From: Nitrospirota bacterium
GTDB taxonomy: Bacteria; Nitrospirota; UBA9217
Direction: 5' to 3'
Length of the DNA stretch: 47,577 nucleotides
Assembly: GCA_041476485.1 (NCBI GenBank)
Contig: JBGOTO010000003.1
Location: 1 to 47,577, forward strand
Under the pieces are notes generated by a model. That model did not search any database and was not told the origin of the DNA. It saw nothing but the letters and a program-made list of their open reading frames with translations. The translations under genes and the position numbers were made by a program. This document shows positions 17,743 through 27,814 of this stretch, in pieces. The first letter of the stretch is position 1. Each line of letters opens with the position of its first letter.

Positions 17743-18588
17743 ATGCGGACCATTACCAGCATCGCGGAAATGCAGACTTTCGCCGACTCGTTCAGGAGCC
17801 AGGGCAAAAAGATCGGCTTTGTTCCCACCATGGGTTTTCTGCATGAGGGCCACATGTCTCTGATGCGGCAAGCGCGCCAAGGGTGCGACAGCGTCATCGT
17901 GAGCATCTTCGTCAACCCCACCCAGTTCGGGCCCGCGGAGGACTTCGACCGCTATCCCCGGGACCGGGAAGGCGATTGCGCAAAGTGCGAAGCCGCGGGC
18001 GTCGACGTCCTGTTCCTGCCGGAAGCGAAAGAGCTGTATCCGGAAAAACCGTCGGTGTTCATTACGGTGGAAGGAATATCGGACATCCTGGAAGGCGCGG
18101 TCAGGCCGGGCCACTACCGGGGCGTCGCGACGGTCGTCGCCAAGCTTTTTCACATCGTAAAACCGCACGTAGCCTTTTTCGGGCAGAAGGATTATCAGCA
18201 GTGCGTCGTGATCAAACGCATGGTGAAAGGGCTGAACATGGACGTGGCGATCTCGGTGCTGCCGACGGTCCGGGAAGCGGACGGCCTCGCCATGAGCTCG
18301 CGGAACAGCTACCTCCAGGCTGACGAGCGGCGCGCCGCAACGGCGATCTTTCGCGCTCTTTCCGCAGCCGAGCGCCTGGCCAAGTCCGGCGTCACGGACC
18401 CAAACAAGCTGAAACACGCGATGCAGTCCCTTTTGCAGGAGGAGAAGAGCATCGCCATCGATTACCTCGAGGTGGCCGGGCCGGAGGACCTCACGCCGCT
18501 CATAAACGCCGCCGCCGGCATGGTGATATTGATTGCAGTCCGCCTCGGCCGGACAAGATTGATTGACAATATCCTGATTTCGTGGTAA
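17743..18588 (+). CDS. panC: Pantoate--beta-alanine ligase
   Basis: VPTMGFLHEGH, FVNPTQF, FGQKDYQQ, GLAMSSRN, RLIDN. Confidence 0.97.
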   Translation: MRTITSIAEMQTFADSFRSQGKKIGFVPTMGFLHEGHMSLMRQARQGCDSVIVSIFVNPTQFGPAEDFDRYPRDREGDCAKCEAAGVDVLFLPEAKELYPEKPSVFITVEGISDILEGAVRPGHYRGVATVVAKLFHIVKPHVAFFGQKDYQQCVVIKRMVKGLNMDVAISVLPTVREADGLAMSSRNSYLQADERRAATAIFRALSAAERLAKSGVTDPNKLKHAMQSLLQEEKSIAIDYLEVAGPEDLTPLINAAAGMVILIAVRLGRTRLIDNILISW

Positions 18589-18661
18589 AAATAGCGGAAC
18601 GTACTCCCTATGTTCGGACCTTGAGCGACTCCAGAATGACTGGTATGCGGAGCAAGCGGTA

Positions 18662-19693
18662 ATGGCGGTCACGAAAGAAAATAAGAGGCTTCTCGACATC
18701 ATCCAGGCGTCCCGGACGGTCGTCTCGCAGCTCGACCTCGACAAGGTCCTCGCCACGATCCTCAAAAAGGCGATGGAGATCACCAAGACCCGGGCGGGAA
18801 GCGTCGCGCTCTATACGCCAAAGACGTCGACGATGCGGATCCATGCGCACCGGGGGTTTTCCAAGGGCTTCATCGGAAACTGCGAATGGAAGGTGCGGCG
18901 TGGGGGTCTGACGGACAAGATTTTGAAGTCCCGGGCCGTTACCGTTCTCGAAGACACCACGAACAAAGCGTTCTTCACCACCCCTCTCGCGGTGCAGGAA
19001 AACATCAAGTCTCTCGCCTGCGTTCCGCTCATCTTTTCCCACGAGGTCGTCGGCATTCTCTACGTCGATGATTTCACCCCGAGGAATTTCCCGCGCGAAG
19101 AGCTCCAGGCGCTCGAAATCCTCGCGTCTTTCGCGTCCATCGCTATCCATAACGCGCGGACGCATACCTCGCTCAAACAGCAGGCCAGCACCGACAGCCT
19201 GACGGGCCTGTTCAACCGCCGGTATTTTGAAAGCATTCTGAACAGGGAATTCCAGCGCGCGGACCGGCACCGTCACGAGTTTACTCTCGCGCTCGTCGAT
19301 GTGAATGATTTTAAGAAGTATAACGACACCTACGGCCACCAGGCGGGAGATCGGGCGCTCGCGGCGCTCGGCGAGGCGATCAAAAAATCCATCCGGAGCA
19401 CCGATCTCGCGTCGCGATACGGCGGCGATGAGCTCGTAATCATCCTCCCCGAGACCAGACTCCAGAAGGCATACAACCTGTTCGCCTCGAGGATCAAGCA
19501 GGAGATCGAGGACGAATTTCTGCGCATCTCCGGCGAACCGTATGCCTTAACGGTCACGATCGGCATCGCGTCGTACCCCCGCGACGGTAAAAACGCCGAC
19601 GAATTGATCCTCTCCGCGGACCGGGCGCTCTTGTCCGCCAAGAAACAGAAACACAGTGTCAATATCGGCTGTGCACGGCCGGTCGCCGCATAG
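18662..19693 (+). CDS. GAF-GGDEF diguanylate cyclase
   Basis: N-terminal GAF; DSLTGLFNRR, NDTYGHQAGD, RSTD I-site, YGGDEL. Confidence 0.9.
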   Translation: MAVTKENKRLLDIIQASRTVVSQLDLDKVLATILKKAMEITKTRAGSVALYTPKTSTMRIHAHRGFSKGFIGNCEWKVRRGGLTDKILKSRAVTVLEDTTNKAFFTTPLAVQENIKSLACVPLIFSHEVVGILYVDDFTPRNFPREELQALEILASFASIAIHNARTHTSLKQQASTDSLTGLFNRRYFESILNREFQRADRHRHEFTLALVDVNDFKKYNDTYGHQAGDRALAALGEAIKKSIRSTDLASRYGGDELVIILPETRLQKAYNLFASRIKQEIEDEFLRISGEPYALTVTIGIASYPRDGKNADELILSADRALLSAKKQKHSVNIGCARPVAA

Positions 19694-19754
19694 CCTTCGC
19701 CGTTCTTCCTTTTTACGCTTGTCAAACATTCAATAATACGCTATCATACTCGCG

Positions 19755-20042
19755 GTGAAAATCTGTCATTCCTGCAAAAAAGATTTGTCTCTCAGCGGAA
19801 GCGTCGGCAGAAGGGACGTCTGTTCCGCCTGCGGCGCCGACCTGCACTGCTGTATGAACTGCGCATTCTACGACCCGTCCGTATCGAAACAGTGCCGCGA
19901 ACCCGCGGCAGAGCTGGTGAGAGAGAAAACAAAGGCGAATTTTTGTGATTACTTCTTTTTTGCGGAATCACAACGCACCGATATATCGAATACCAGGACC
20001 GAACAGGCGCGCAAGGCGATTGATGAACTGTTTAAGAAGTAG
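19755..20042 (+). CDS. Small Cys-rich (zinc-ribbon-like) protein
   Basis: CHSC, CSAC, CMNC, NFCDYF; upstream TTGTCA-N17-TATCAT promoter. Confidence 0.75.
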   Translation: MKICHSCKKDLSLSGSVGRRDVCSACGADLHCCMNCAFYDPSVSKQCREPAAELVREKTKANFCDYFFFAESQRTDISNTRTEQARKAIDELFKK

Positions 20043-20063
20043 ACCGTTTTTTTATTAACGATC

Positions 20064-20801
20064 ATGATCAAGCTGGATAAAAAAACAATTCTCGGTCTTA
20101 CGGTGTTCGGGGCGATCGTCGCCGCAATCGTCTACCTTCTGTTTCCCCTCGGGCTGATCCGGTACTTCACCGACAAACATCTCCTGCTGACGTTTATCGC
20201 GGCGCACCGCACGTACGCTGTTTTCATCTTTATCGGTCTCCAAATCCTCCAGGTGGTCGCGGCCCCCGTTCCCGGCGAGATGACCGGCTTCGTCGGCGGG
20301 ATGCTCTTCGGGACGGTAGGGGGAGTGGTCTATTCAACGATCGGCCTCACCATCGGTTCATGGCTGGCCTTCGTCCTTGCCCGGCTTGCCGGCAGGCCGT
20401 TCGTCGAGCGGATGGTGAGCGCCGAAACGATGAAACGCTACGACTACGTAATGAAACACAAGGGACTGTTCCTTGCGTTTCTCCTCTTTCTCATCCCCGG
20501 GTTTCCGAAGGATTATCTGTGCTATCTGCTGGGATTGGGGCACATGGGACAACGCGATTTTCTCATGGTATCGACGAGCGGCAGGTTGCTCGGCACCGTG
20601 CTGCTCACCCTGGGCGGTTCGTTCTTCCGGAACAAGCAGTACGCGGCGCTCTTCACGCTTGCCGGCGTCAGCATTGCGCTCATCCTGCTCACCATGATCT
20701 ACCGCGAAACCATCGAGCGCTGGTTCCGCAAGCTCCGGGCGGCCCACCTCGTAAAAACACGGGCCGACCGCGACCGTCTGAAAGACAAAAATACTCCCTA
20801 A
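20064..20801 (+). CDS. TVP38/TMEM64 (DedA/VTT-domain) membrane protein
   Basis: LQVVAAPVPGE, GMLFG, LFLIPGFPKD. Confidence 0.88.
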   Translation: MIKLDKKTILGLTVFGAIVAAIVYLLFPLGLIRYFTDKHLLLTFIAAHRTYAVFIFIGLQILQVVAAPVPGEMTGFVGGMLFGTVGGVVYSTIGLTIGSWLAFVLARLAGRPFVERMVSAETMKRYDYVMKHKGLFLAFLLFLIPGFPKDYLCYLLGLGHMGQRDFLMVSTSGRLLGTVLLTLGGSFFRNKQYAALFTLAGVSIALILLTMIYRETIERWFRKLRAAHLVKTRADRDRLKDKNTP

Positions 20802-20875
20802 CCCGGACAAACCGGAACCTAAAGGCGTCTCTCGCGCCCTGCATTCGCGTAAACACTCATAAGCGCTGGGTGCAA

Positions 20876-20980
20876 GCAAAGCGCGCAAAGGGAACCTTAA
20901 GTCAAAATCTTTTCCGGTTTAAAACCAAAAAGCAAGCCGCGGTTTAGAATCTTCTTGGCGTCCTTTGCGAGCTTTGCGAG
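20876..20980. repeat. Inverted 9-mer tandem-repeat element
   Basis: GCAAAGCGC GCAAAG ... CTTGGCGTC CTTTGCGAG CTTTGCGAG between convergent genes. Confidence 0.55.
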
Positions 20981-21035
20981 AAAAATTCTTGCCTTTTGTT
21001 GAATTTGGTCTCTTCGTTACTAACAGGAATCCCCC

Positions 21036-21719
21036 CTAAACGCCCTTTCTCGTTTTATCTCTCCGGTCCCGGTGCACGCCGCCCACACGGTCCTGGTATC
21101 GCTTGTTGATGATCGCGCAGACTTCTTCCGGCTCATCCACGATATGCATGAGCTCGAGGTCCGCCGGATCGATATTCCCCGCGGTAAGCAGCGTCTTCTT
21201 CATCCAATCGATCAGGCCCTGCCAGTAGTCCCTGCCCACCAGGACCACCGGAAAGCCCCGGATCTTTTTGGTCTGAATCAGCGTGAGGGCCTCAAAGAGT
21301 TCATCCATCGTGCCGAAGCCGCCCGGGAAGATGACGTAAGCGACCGCATATTTCACGAACATCAGCTTGCGCACGAAGAAATAGCGGAACTCCACCCGCA
21401 CGTCCTGGAACGCGTTCGGCGTCTGCTCGGACGGCAGCTCGATATTAAGGCCCACGGAAACGCCGTTCGCGCTCTGCGCGCCCTTATTCGCCGCTTCCAT
21501 GATGCCGGGCCCCCCGCCCGAGATCACGGCAAAGCCGTCCTTTGCCAGCGTTTCAGCCACCGCGAGACATTTGTCGTAATAGGGCGAACCCGGCTCGGCG
21601 CGCGCGCTCCCGAATACGGTCACCGCGGGGCCGATGTTGCTCAGCGCTTCGAAACCTTCCACCAGTTCCGCCATGATCCTGAACACTCGCCAGGTGTCCG
21701 ATTTTGCCAGATCTTCCAT
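21036..21719 (-). CDS. LOG-family (TIGR00730) Rossmann-fold protein
   Basis: VFGSAR, SGGGPGIMEAAN, FFVRK, PGGFGTMDE; ATG at 21719 after AAGGAGG. Confidence 0.92.
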   Translation of the reverse strand: MEDLAKSDTWRVFRIMAELVEGFEALSNIGPAVTVFGSARAEPGSPYYDKCLAVAETLAKDGFAVISGGGPGIMEAANKGAQSANGVSVGLNIELPSEQTPNAFQDVRVEFRYFFVRKLMFVKYAVAYVIFPGGFGTMDELFEALTLIQTKKIRGFPVVLVGRDYWQGLIDWMKKTLLTAGNIDPADLELMHIVDEPEEVCAIINKRYQDRVGGVHRDRRDKTRKGV

Positions 21720-21805
21720 GCTTGTTCCTTCCTCCTTACGGATGACGTGCAAAATTTCTTCGGTCTCGAATAAACTCCGGGAACATCCGCCCCGAACAGT
21801 CTTAC

Positions 21806-22882
21806 TTATTTTCCTTGCCGGCCTACGAATTCCTCGCGGTAAATCTGGATGAAGGCGGTCAGCAGGGTGACCACGAGGGGCCCGAGCAGAACACCGAGGA
21901 TCCCGTACACTTGCAAGCCCCCCAGAATACCGATAAACAGGAACAAGGTCGGGAGTTTCGCTTTTTTGCCGATAAAAAGGGGCTTCAAAAAATTATCCGG
22001 CAAGGTCACCAAAACGAGTCCCCACGCGAGCAGCAACATCGCCTGGATTTTCGCGCCCGCCAGAAACAGGTAGAGCATCCCCGGGACCCAGACGATCGCC
22101 GCGCCGCCGACGGGAAGGATCGCCAGTACGGCCGCGAGAAAACCCCAGAAAACCGCGTAGGGGACGCCGAAAAGGGCAAACCCGATGCCCGTGACCAGGC
22201 CCTGGATGAGGGCGATCAAAAAAACGCCGTGCATTACCGCCTGAAAGGTGTCATACACTTTCCGGGATATGGAATGCTTTTGCTCGGAAGAGAAGGGAAG
22301 CATCTCCATGGCCGATTGGTAATAAAATTCACCCTTTTTTAAAAAGAAAAAAAGCGCAACAAGCATGACCGCGAGCTCGAGCGCCAACAGCAGGGTATTT
22401 TTCAAGAAGGGGCCGATCTGGCCCGCAAGGGCAGATGATACTTCTCCGATGCCCTTCACCAGGAACCCTTTAATATCGATTGCCGCAAGAGAAGGATGCG
22501 CGAGAAATTTCTCGGAAAGCGAAGAGGAAAACCCATTCCACAGCTCGATAAGCCTGCCTGACTGGATTCCGCCGGACGCCCATTCATACAACGCTATGGC
22601 CTGGAACGCGCACAGGGCAAGAAGCACGATCGCCGGCAGGACGATCGCCAGCACCGTGATGAGCGTGGTCGCGGCCGCGGCAAGCCCCGCCCTGCCCTTG
22701 AACACGCGCAGGATCCGCGTGTGCAAGGGGTAGAGCACCAGCGTGAGGACGGCCGCCCAGAGCAGGGCCGATAAAAAGGGCGCAAGTAAACGCGCCATCT
22801 GGTACAAGAGGAAGAGCAGAAGCGCGAAGAAGACAACGGCAAAAAAATAGGGGCGGCTTAGGAACGGCGGCGTGCTCTTCAA
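21806..22882 (-). CDS. AI-2E family transporter
   Basis: Multi-TM; LPVGGAAIVWVP, DNFLKP, GILGGLQVYGILGVLLGP; TTG start overlapping the pdxA stop. Confidence 0.88.
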   Translation of the reverse strand: MKSTPPFLSRPYFFAVVFFALLLFLLYQMARLLAPFLSALLWAAVLTLVLYPLHTRILRVFKGRAGLAAAATTLITVLAIVLPAIVLLALCAFQAIALYEWASGGIQSGRLIELWNGFSSSLSEKFLAHPSLAAIDIKGFLVKGIGEVSSALAGQIGPFLKNTLLLALELAVMLVALFFFLKKGEFYYQSAMEMLPFSSEQKHSISRKVYDTFQAVMHGVFLIALIQGLVTGIGFALFGVPYAVFWGFLAAVLAILPVGGAAIVWVPGMLYLFLAGAKIQAMLLLAWGLVLVTLPDNFLKPLFIGKKAKLPTLFLFIGILGGLQVYGILGVLLGPLVVTLLTAFIQIYREEFVGRQGK

Positions 22883-23898
22883 TCGTTCTCCTTTGCGGGG
22901 GGCTGCCGCTTTGCGGCCATGTGGGCCGCGAGCTTCACTGCCTCCAGCAAGCTCGCCGGATCGGCGCAGCCCTTGCCCGCGATGTCGTACGCGGTCCCGT
23001 GGTCGACCGACGTGCGGATGATCGGGAGTCCCACGGTGACGTTCACGGCGCTTGCGAAGGCCAGCATCTTGAGCGGAGCGAGGCCCTGGTCGTGGTACAT
23101 GGCGACCACGATGTCGTAGTAATCGTTTCGCGCCTTGTAGAACAGCGTGTCCGCGGGGACCGGATCGCTTGCGTGAATGCCTTCCTGCCGGGCTTTGATG
23201 ACCGCCGGGAGGATCTCGTCCCATTCCTCGGACCCGAACAGCCTGCCCTCTCCCGCGTGCGGGTTCAACGCCGCGACGCCGATGCGCGGGTCCTCGATGC
23301 CGTAGTGCTTCATTGCCTTGTGCGCGAGGCGCAGGGTCTTCAGCACGTTCCCCGTCGTGACGTGCCGGGCGACATCTTTCAGCGCCACGTGAATAGTCAC
23401 GAGGATCACCCGCAACCCGCCGCCCACGAACAGCATGCCGAATTCTTTCGTGTTCGTCAGGTGGGCAAGGAGTTCCGTATGGCCGGCATAATGATGTCCC
23501 GCGGCGTTCATCATCTCCTTGTTTATCGGAGCGGTGACGATTGCCGCGGCCTCATTCTTCATGCAAAGGTCAACTGCCTTCTTGATGTATTCCACGACCG
23601 CCGTGCCGGACGACTTGTTGGGTGTTCCCCATTTGTGACTTGAGAGGTCCACATTCTTGCAATCGAGAACATCGAGCTTGCCTTCGGCCGGGTCGGCTTC
23701 CCCCGCGGACGCAATGCTCCTGACCGTGACCGAAAGCCGCATCTCTTCCACCAATTTTTTCATGACCCCCGCGTCGCCGACTACGATGGGCCTGCAGAGC
23801 GGGAACAGCTCGTTGCTGTCGATCACCTTCGCGATGATCTCCGGGCCGACCCCCGCAGGGTCGCCCATGGTTATGGCAATCAATGGTTTTTTGCTCAT
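22879..23898 (-). CDS. pdxA: 4-hydroxythreonine-4-phosphate dehydrogenase
   Basis: TMGDPAGVGPE, GHTE, LNPHAGE, AMYHDQG, RTSVDHGTAYDIAG. Confidence 0.95.
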   Translation of the reverse strand: MSKKPLIAITMGDPAGVGPEIIAKVIDSNELFPLCRPIVVGDAGVMKKLVEEMRLSVTVRSIASAGEADPAEGKLDVLDCKNVDLSSHKWGTPNKSSGTAVVEYIKKAVDLCMKNEAAAIVTAPINKEMMNAAGHHYAGHTELLAHLTNTKEFGMLFVGGGLRVILVTIHVALKDVARHVTTGNVLKTLRLAHKAMKHYGIEDPRIGVAALNPHAGEGRLFGSEEWDEILPAVIKARQEGIHASDPVPADTLFYKARNDYYDIVVAMYHDQGLAPLKMLAFASAVNVTVGLPIIRTSVDHGTAYDIAGKGCADPASLLEAVKLAAHMAAKRQPPAKEND

Positions 23899-24088
23899 GG
23901 CATGTCTTCTCGTTCTATACTTTTATCGGCAATCATCCGGTCGAGCCGCACGAAATTATTGTAGCGTAAAAAATGGTGTTTTACAATCAGAAAACCATGG
24001 AGAAGGGCATAAAATCTCTAGCGAATACCGTTTGAATTGTGCAATCACCTGATGTTTCCCTCCGAACAACCTGTCAGGAGGGGGAACT

Positions 24089-25183
24089 TCACTGATCCGG
24101 GGGTCGTAATAATCTTATCGCTAATATTTTTTTTACACTAAAAACGGTGGCATTGGTTAAAAGAAAAGACAGGCCGTAAATACATGCCAGCAGGAGAGCA
24201 AATAGCATATAGCTGTTGAAATAATTTAAGTGTAGATCCTTAAAGATTGACAGTGCTTGAGTGAGAAAAATATGGTGAATTAAAAAGGCCCCATAGGAGT
24301 ATTCACTGACAAACCTAATGGTCCTTGCAAGCAATTCCGCGTTCAAGAGCTGAGACATGCAGGCGAGGCATACAAAAAGGCATACCCCCGGCGCCAGAAA
24401 ACCATAAGGATCCGGCAGAAAAAACGATAAATAAAAAAGTAGGGCCGATACCCCACAGAAAAGCAGAATCAGCGTCCTGCGGGGCGAATTGAATAAATAA
24501 ATGAAGCTCATTCCGAACAAAAACTCAGCGAGGCGCAACGGGGGAAAACGAGTAATGGCCATCGCCCCGTGATAATATTGTCCGGTCATCATTGTTATGC
24601 AGAAACAGAGCAGGAAGGTGAATAGCGGTCGCTTTAGAAAAAGATATCGGATAGCAGGGAAGATGGCATACATGATGATGATAAATCCTAGGAACCATTC
24701 GCCCAATAGGTAAAAATTAGGGATTGCATACACCAAAAATCCATCAAGGCCCACAACCGTCAAGAGAAAAGTTGCTGGCGCGGCGTTCGGCGTCGGCCGA
24801 TGCAAAAGAAGCAGTCCGGAGAAACTCGCCGCATAGGAAACCCACAATAACGGATAAATATGAAGAAATCTTTTTTTGTAAAAGGTCTTGGTATCGAAAC
24901 CTTCCCTGGTGCTTAACATTAAAGAGGCGCCGGATAAAATAATAAAGAGGGATACGCCAATGCTTCCTTGGAGCGAAAAATCAATTACCGATGAGTTAAT
25001 CCAGAATATCGCGGTGTCGAAGGTTTTAAATTCGAGGGCGTGAGTGTTAAAGTGGGATAAGATTATCAGGCAAATTGCGGTCGCCCTGATGAGATCCAGA
25101 TATAAAACCCTTGTTAGAGTGGATTGTATCTGCGAGGGATTACCCATCACGCTATGCGTATTACGTGGTTGCAATAAAGTCAT
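24089..25183 (-). CDS. Acyltransferase family 3 (OafA-like) membrane protein
   Basis: YLDLIRA...H, GVSLFIILSG, FYKKRFLHIYP, WF, YSYGAFLIH; AT-rich. Confidence 0.88.
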   Translation of the reverse strand: MTLLQPRNTHSVMGNPSQIQSTLTRVLYLDLIRATAICLIILSHFNTHALEFKTFDTAIFWINSSVIDFSLQGSIGVSLFIILSGASLMLSTREGFDTKTFYKKRFLHIYPLLWVSYAASFSGLLLLHRPTPNAAPATFLLTVVGLDGFLVYAIPNFYLLGEWFLGFIIIMYAIFPAIRYLFLKRPLFTFLLCFCITMMTGQYYHGAMAITRFPPLRLAEFLFGMSFIYLFNSPRRTLILLFCGVSALLFYLSFFLPDPYGFLAPGVCLFVCLACMSQLLNAELLARTIRFVSEYSYGAFLIHHIFLTQALSIFKDLHLNYFNSYMLFALLLACIYGLSFLLTNATVFSVKKILAIRLLRPPDQ

Positions 25184-25263
25184 TTATCTTTTATTCCTAA
25201 CCGTGGGAGCTTGAAGCTACAGAAGGAGAACATCATACTTTACAATTATTGCAATATTTTATT

Positions 25264-25291
25264 AAAAAAGGGAGCTGGTGTGGTGCTTCCC
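25264..25291 (-). terminator. Rho-independent terminator after the GH19 gene
   Basis: GGGAAGC...GCTCCC stem followed by TTTTTT on the minus strand. Confidence 0.55.
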
Positions 25292-25439
25292 TATCAGTCT
25301 CAACCAGCAGAACAGACCCATTTACTCTACGTGTAACCGACGATATCGAATATCGCAGCCGAGTCACAACTTCAGGAAGTAGACTGCACCGCATGCTTTA
25401 ACAGGGAATAGCGGGGCTGAGATGACCGTGCCAACAGCC

Positions 25440-26027
25440 TTAGGTTAGAACGCTTTTCGCAACAGAGTAGAATTTCTTTCTGTCATCCATGCCGTTGTAG
25501 CCGCCATTAATAGCGATGCTGATGAACTCTATCGGCGACACATCGATGACGTTTCCTTTGTATTTCTTCTTCAAGATATCGCCGTCAGCATGGTTGGCAA
25601 CGTCGTTGAGGCCGCGCGTCTTCCAGTACTCGCACGCGCTCCACACCGCATATTCAGGCTGTTCAAGAAGCCCGGGAGTGTTGATGAAGAGGTCCCGGCT
25701 CCCTTTCTTAATGCCAAGTTGCAGGTAGTTGCCTCGCCCCGTGGTTTGGAAGATCCCGCGGCCTTTGAACTTGACTCCGTCGCCTGGCTGTGTGTTTCCC
25801 AGGTCGACTCTGCCTTCATATGCTTTGCCGGAGGCGTACTCGCGCAAAGTTTTGAAATGATCGGTTTCATGGCAGGCCTGGGCCAGGAAGTGGCAGTACT
25901 CCTGCGGCGAATCAATTTCGTACGACGGACAGGTCTTGTTCAGCCAGTCTGCGAGGCCCGGCATCAAGGCGGTCGATATGCCGGCTATGGCGGAGAGCTG
26001 TTCAGGCTTAATGATGTACGGCATCAC
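25440..26027 (-). CDS. Glycoside hydrolase family 19 (phage endolysin / chitinase-like)
   Basis: HFLAQACHET, LREY, YEGRVDLGN..GDG.KFKGRG..Q.TGRGNY, INGGYNG..DR; no signal peptide. Confidence 0.9.
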   Translation of the reverse strand: MMPYIIKPEQLSAIAGISTALMPGLADWLNKTCPSYEIDSPQEYCHFLAQACHETDHFKTLREYASGKAYEGRVDLGNTQPGDGVKFKGRGIFQTTGRGNYLQLGIKKGSRDLFINTPGLLEQPEYAVWSACEYWKTRGLNDVANHADGDILKKKYKGNVIDVSPIEFISIAINGGYNGMDDRKKFYSVAKSVLT

Positions 26028-26047
26028 GCGTTCCTCCTGAGCTGTTC

Positions 26048-27466
26048 TTATTTTATCCCCGCCGCGGCCGCCTCGACCCGCTTGATGGTCTTGTCCTTTC
26101 CCATCACCTCGATCACGTCGTAAATGCCCGGACTGACCGTGCCGCCCGTGAGCGCGACGCGCACGGGCTGGGCGATCTTGCCGAGCTTGATGCCTTTTTC
26201 CGCGACAAGCCCGTTGAATACTTTCTCGATCTCCGTATGCGTGAAAGGCTCCGTTGATTTTAGTTTGCCTGCCAGCTCAATCAAAAGCAACGCGACATCC
26301 GGCGTTAAGTGTTTTGCTTTTGCCTTCTCGTCTAACTGAATCTCATCAGCGAGGAATGGAAGAGCGGCGGTCTTCATCTCCACGAGAGTATGGCTGCGCT
26401 CGATAAGAATCTTCACGAGTTTCTTGAACCACTCAAGGTCCGGCTCGGCGCCCTGCTTTACCACCCCGTCCTTCTTCAGAAGCTCGAGCACCAGCTCCGC
26501 GAGCCTGCCCGGGTCTGCCTGCTGAATATAGTGATGGTTTAGCCATACGCACTTCTCCTGATTGAACACCGACGGGGCCTTGCCCACGTTCTCGAGCGTG
26601 AATTTCTCGATCAGCTCCTTGGGCGAGAAAATCTCCTGATCTCCCGACGACCAGCCGAGGCGTGCCAAGTAGTTTACGAGCGCCTCGGGCAGATACCCGA
26701 GGTCTATGTATTCAGTGATGGCGGTCGCGCCGTGGCGCTTTGATAACTTCGTCTTGTCCGGGCCGAGGATCATCGGCAAATGGGCGAACTTCGGCGGCTC
26801 GTACCCGAGAGCGGAATAAAGCTGGATCTGGCGCGGGGTGTTGTTCAAATGGTCGTCGCCCCGAATCACGTGCGTGATGTTCATGGTCACGTCGTCCACC
26901 ACCACGGCGAAATTATAGGTGGGAAGACCGTCTGAGCGTTGGATGATCAGGTCGTCCAGCTGCTGGTTCTCGAAGGTCACGGCGCCCCTGATCAGGTCTC
27001 GCACGATGGTCTGGCCCTCATCGGACGAAAGGAAACGGACCGCCGGAGTCCGTCCTTCGACCGGGGCCTTGAGCGTCCGGCACTTCCGGTCGTACTTCGG
27101 CGGCCTGCCCGCGGCCATTGCTTCTTTTCTCCGGGCGTCGAGCTCCTCGGGCGTGCAGTAGCAATGATATGCTTTGCCTTCCTTGAGCAGCTTGTCCACA
27201 TGGGCCCGGTAGATCTCCATGCGCTCGGTTTGGCGGAAGGGCCCCTCGTCCCAGTCGAGGCCGAGCCACTTCATGCCGTCGAGGATGACTTTGATCGACT
27301 CATCCGTGGAACGGGTCTGGTCCGTGTCCTCGATCCGGAGGATAAATTTGCCGTTGTAATGCCGGGCGAACAGCCAGTTGAAGAGCGCGGTCCTCACCCC
27401 GCCGAGATGCAAAGCGCCGGTGGGGCTCGGTGCGAAACGAACACGAACAGTACCCGTGGTATTCAT
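26048..27466 (-). CDS. gltX: Glutamate--tRNA ligase
   Basis: RFAPSPTG.LHLG, LRIEDTD, KLSKRHG; anticodon-binding domain present. Confidence 0.97.
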   Translation of the reverse strand: MNTTGTVRVRFAPSPTGALHLGGVRTALFNWLFARHYNGKFILRIEDTDQTRSTDESIKVILDGMKWLGLDWDEGPFRQTERMEIYRAHVDKLLKEGKAYHCYCTPEELDARRKEAMAAGRPPKYDRKCRTLKAPVEGRTPAVRFLSSDEGQTIVRDLIRGAVTFENQQLDDLIIQRSDGLPTYNFAVVVDDVTMNITHVIRGDDHLNNTPRQIQLYSALGYEPPKFAHLPMILGPDKTKLSKRHGATAITEYIDLGYLPEALVNYLARLGWSSGDQEIFSPKELIEKFTLENVGKAPSVFNQEKCVWLNHHYIQQADPGRLAELVLELLKKDGVVKQGAEPDLEWFKKLVKILIERSHTLVEMKTAALPFLADEIQLDEKAKAKHLTPDVALLLIELAGKLKSTEPFTHTEIEKVFNGLVAEKGIKLGKIAQPVRVALTGGTVSPGIYDVIEVMGKDKTIKRVEAAAAGIK

Positions 27467-27594
27467 GATACGATGGACTCCTTGTGCGGACGGATGATTT
27501 GTTTTTCGGCGCTATTATAACAAAATAGCGGTTGAATCAAAAGGAAATTCAACGCGGGTGGTTCAATGAATCAGCGGGTTTTTGGCGGGAAATC

Positions 27595-27780
27595 GTGACG
27601 TCGGGTCCTGCTGCTGAGCACAGGCGCAATAAGCGCGCCGCATACGGGAAACGACAACACCCCGGCCCAAACAGCGCGTGCGGAGCGAAAGCGCTGCCGG
27701 CGCAAGCACAGACGGCATTACAAGAAAAAGCATCTTTGCGCGCCTTGCGCCGAAGCGAAGCGGCAGGACCGAGCAACTAC
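27595..27780. mobile_element. MITE-like element, family B copy 2 (186 bp)
   Basis: Arms TGCTGCTGAGCACAGGCGCAATAAGCGCGC and GCGCGCCTTGCGCCGAAGCGAAGCGGCAGGACCGAG match 11711-11868; flanks GGGAAATC and GGAAAATT. Confidence 0.65.
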
Positions 27781-27814
27781 GGAAAATTATTTTTCTTCGC
27801 AGAGACCGGAAAAG

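Noticed and set aside
18662-19693. GGDEL as a degenerate cyclase
   Set aside because: The GGDE catalytic residues and upstream Asp/Asn motifs are intact; the last position varies commonly
25184-25440. tRNA or integration site beside gltX
   Set aside because: No cloverleaf, T-loop motif or flanking direct repeat was found
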